From Mobula hypostoma (Eukaryota), in the NCBI RefSeq assembly GCF_963921235.1, contig NC_086108.1:60204001-60268000 (forward strand): 64,000 bases of DNA. The letters are read 5' to 3'. Both the position numbers and the translations under genes were made by a program. Shown here piece by piece: positions 62,501 to 64,000 of this stretch. Every line of letters starts with the position of its first letter. Position 1 is the stretch's first letter. A model generated the notes under the pieces. The model ran no database searches, was not told the DNA's origin, and saw only the letters and a list, made by a program, of their open reading frames with translations.

Positions 62501-63056
62501 CCAAATATGCTTATTAATTTTCATTCCTATGCTTTGCTCCATAGATTTTCATTCAAAACAAAGAGCAAAGAGCACCAGCAAGCTATTTATTAGTATGTGC
62601 AGAGTTGCCAGTGTGGGTTTGAAGAAAAAAAAAATCAGGAACTGACAAACGGATGAAATCATAGAAACAAAAAATCTAGCACAGTAGAACTAGAGGAGTT
62701 TGGATAAGCAAATGTAAACCCACAAAGAGATTAAAATATGAAACTTTTATATTTCATTATTCAGTTACAAGGCAAACAACATGTTCCATGTGAAAATGCT
62801 AGCACTCTAATAGTGTGATTAAGACCACAACTAACATGATTATTAAGTAATTAATCTCAATCCAATATCTTTCAACAGTTTTAACTGAGAATAAAGCAAG
62901 CTTTGCGTGTCAAATTATTTTACTGTATTTTTGTTCGCTTCAATTTTTTTGTAATACATGTGCATTCTTCAATCAAATGCAAGAAACTCAAATTGTTTAC
63001 ACTTCATTTGGATGAACCCATCATCAAGCACTGACTGAATTAAAAAGTATACTTAC

Positions 63057-63245
63057 CATAGTGCTATTCATGCTCTTGATTTTAGCACCATCAGTAATTG
63101 GAAAATTCCTTTCCAGCAAGGTAACTCTCTGGCTCAGATTACGAACATTTAAATCAATATATTGCAGCCTTTGGTCATTACGGGTGTGGTAAAACAGAAG
63201 GGTGGCATTCAACTCATTTAATTCATCTTGCACGTCCAGGATTTC
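63057..63245 (-). CDS. EFCAB14: EFCAB14 internal coding exon (coiled-coil region)
   Basis: Minus strand: tttcatttcag|GAA ATC CTG GAC GTG CAA... to ...ACT ATG|gtaagt. 189 bp, phase 0/0, encodes EILDVQDELNELNATLLFYHTRNDQRLQYIDLNVRNLSQRVTLLERNF...SMNSTM, which resembles the EFCAB14 segment as I recall it. Confidence 0.88.
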
Positions 63246-64000
63246 CTGAAATGAAAAAAAAACGCTTAATTGCTAATGGTGTTAGAACACAAATTAAAAC
63301 AATAGCCAATCCAAACCCAACACAGTCCAGGTACCTGTAATTTTCCCAAACCCAACTCAATTTGCAAAGTTTACACAGAAGCGGAAAAAAAAGACTGGTT
63401 TAAATAACAATGCATGGGCAGCTAGAGCCAAAGAGCACGTGCAATAATATTAATAAATTATCCTGACCCAAAATACTAAATAATGCTCAATCTCTTCCCA
63501 TTGTTTCTTTCTCAATGCATGAATCTTATTAAAGTGATGATTCGGAAGATTGGCTGTTTTAAGTTTCCCAATATCCATTGCCTTCAGTCCAACAAGCCTG
63601 CCCCAACCTAACCAAATGTTCTATAAAATAACGTGTATCTGAACCTGGCACACTAATTGCCCCTATATGGTAGCAGATATCTGGTACAATAACTTTCAAC
63701 AGCAAACTGACAAAAGCCACTACTTGAGTAATACTTCAATTATGCAAGTATCAACACTTTGATTGGTCACATCTTGAGAGATTTGCCTTCAAATAATTAT
63801 TCGCTTCAAGAGAATTTGCTGCGGGTTTAAAAAATGAGGCATAATCTTGTCTGGCAGTTTTCAGTCTACATCTAAATAATTTGTAAGCAATGTAAACAAG
63901 TAAGTAATTATTTCAAAATTGCATTTGTTCTTTTTTGGCTAGCCTTTCATGGTAGGATTGCTATTCAGAAAAGCCTCTAACATTTCTGCATTTATGTCTG

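Overview
Eukaryotic (vertebrate) genomic DNA. The repeat spectrum (CR1 LINEs, V-SINE/HE1-type SINEs, Penelope-like elements) suggests a cartilaginous fish, probably a ray; this is an inference. One host gene is recognisable: the 3' part of EFCAB14 on the minus strand. It has four coding exons (63245-63057, 58445-58334, 43002-42868, 39014-38848) with canonical AG/GT junctions and consistent phases, ending in an EF-hand exon and a ~2 kb AT-rich 3' UTR. The rest is mostly nested, decayed transposable elements: CR1, Rex1/Babar, Nimb/I-type, RTE, HERO, Penelope-like (PLE), Gypsy, a solo LTR, hAT, mariner and Tigger/pogo derivatives, many with readable TSDs/TIRs. Most notable observations: a fold-back mariner MITE with five TIR copies; a palindromic PLE-terminus insertion with hammerhead-ribozyme remnants; a Nimb LINE whose ORF2 is replaced by a coiled-coil-like coding segment; a chimeric Tigger4/MER2-like element; a 6-bp-TSD hAT element; a Gmr1-type Gypsy/CR1 chimera bounded by a 45-bp duplication; an inverted RNase H segment in a Gypsy; and two Rex1 copies sharing the same frameshifts. 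No prokaryotic systems, CRISPR, rRNA or tRNA genes were seen. All family names come from recalled motifs, not database searches, and boundaries without TSDs are approximate.
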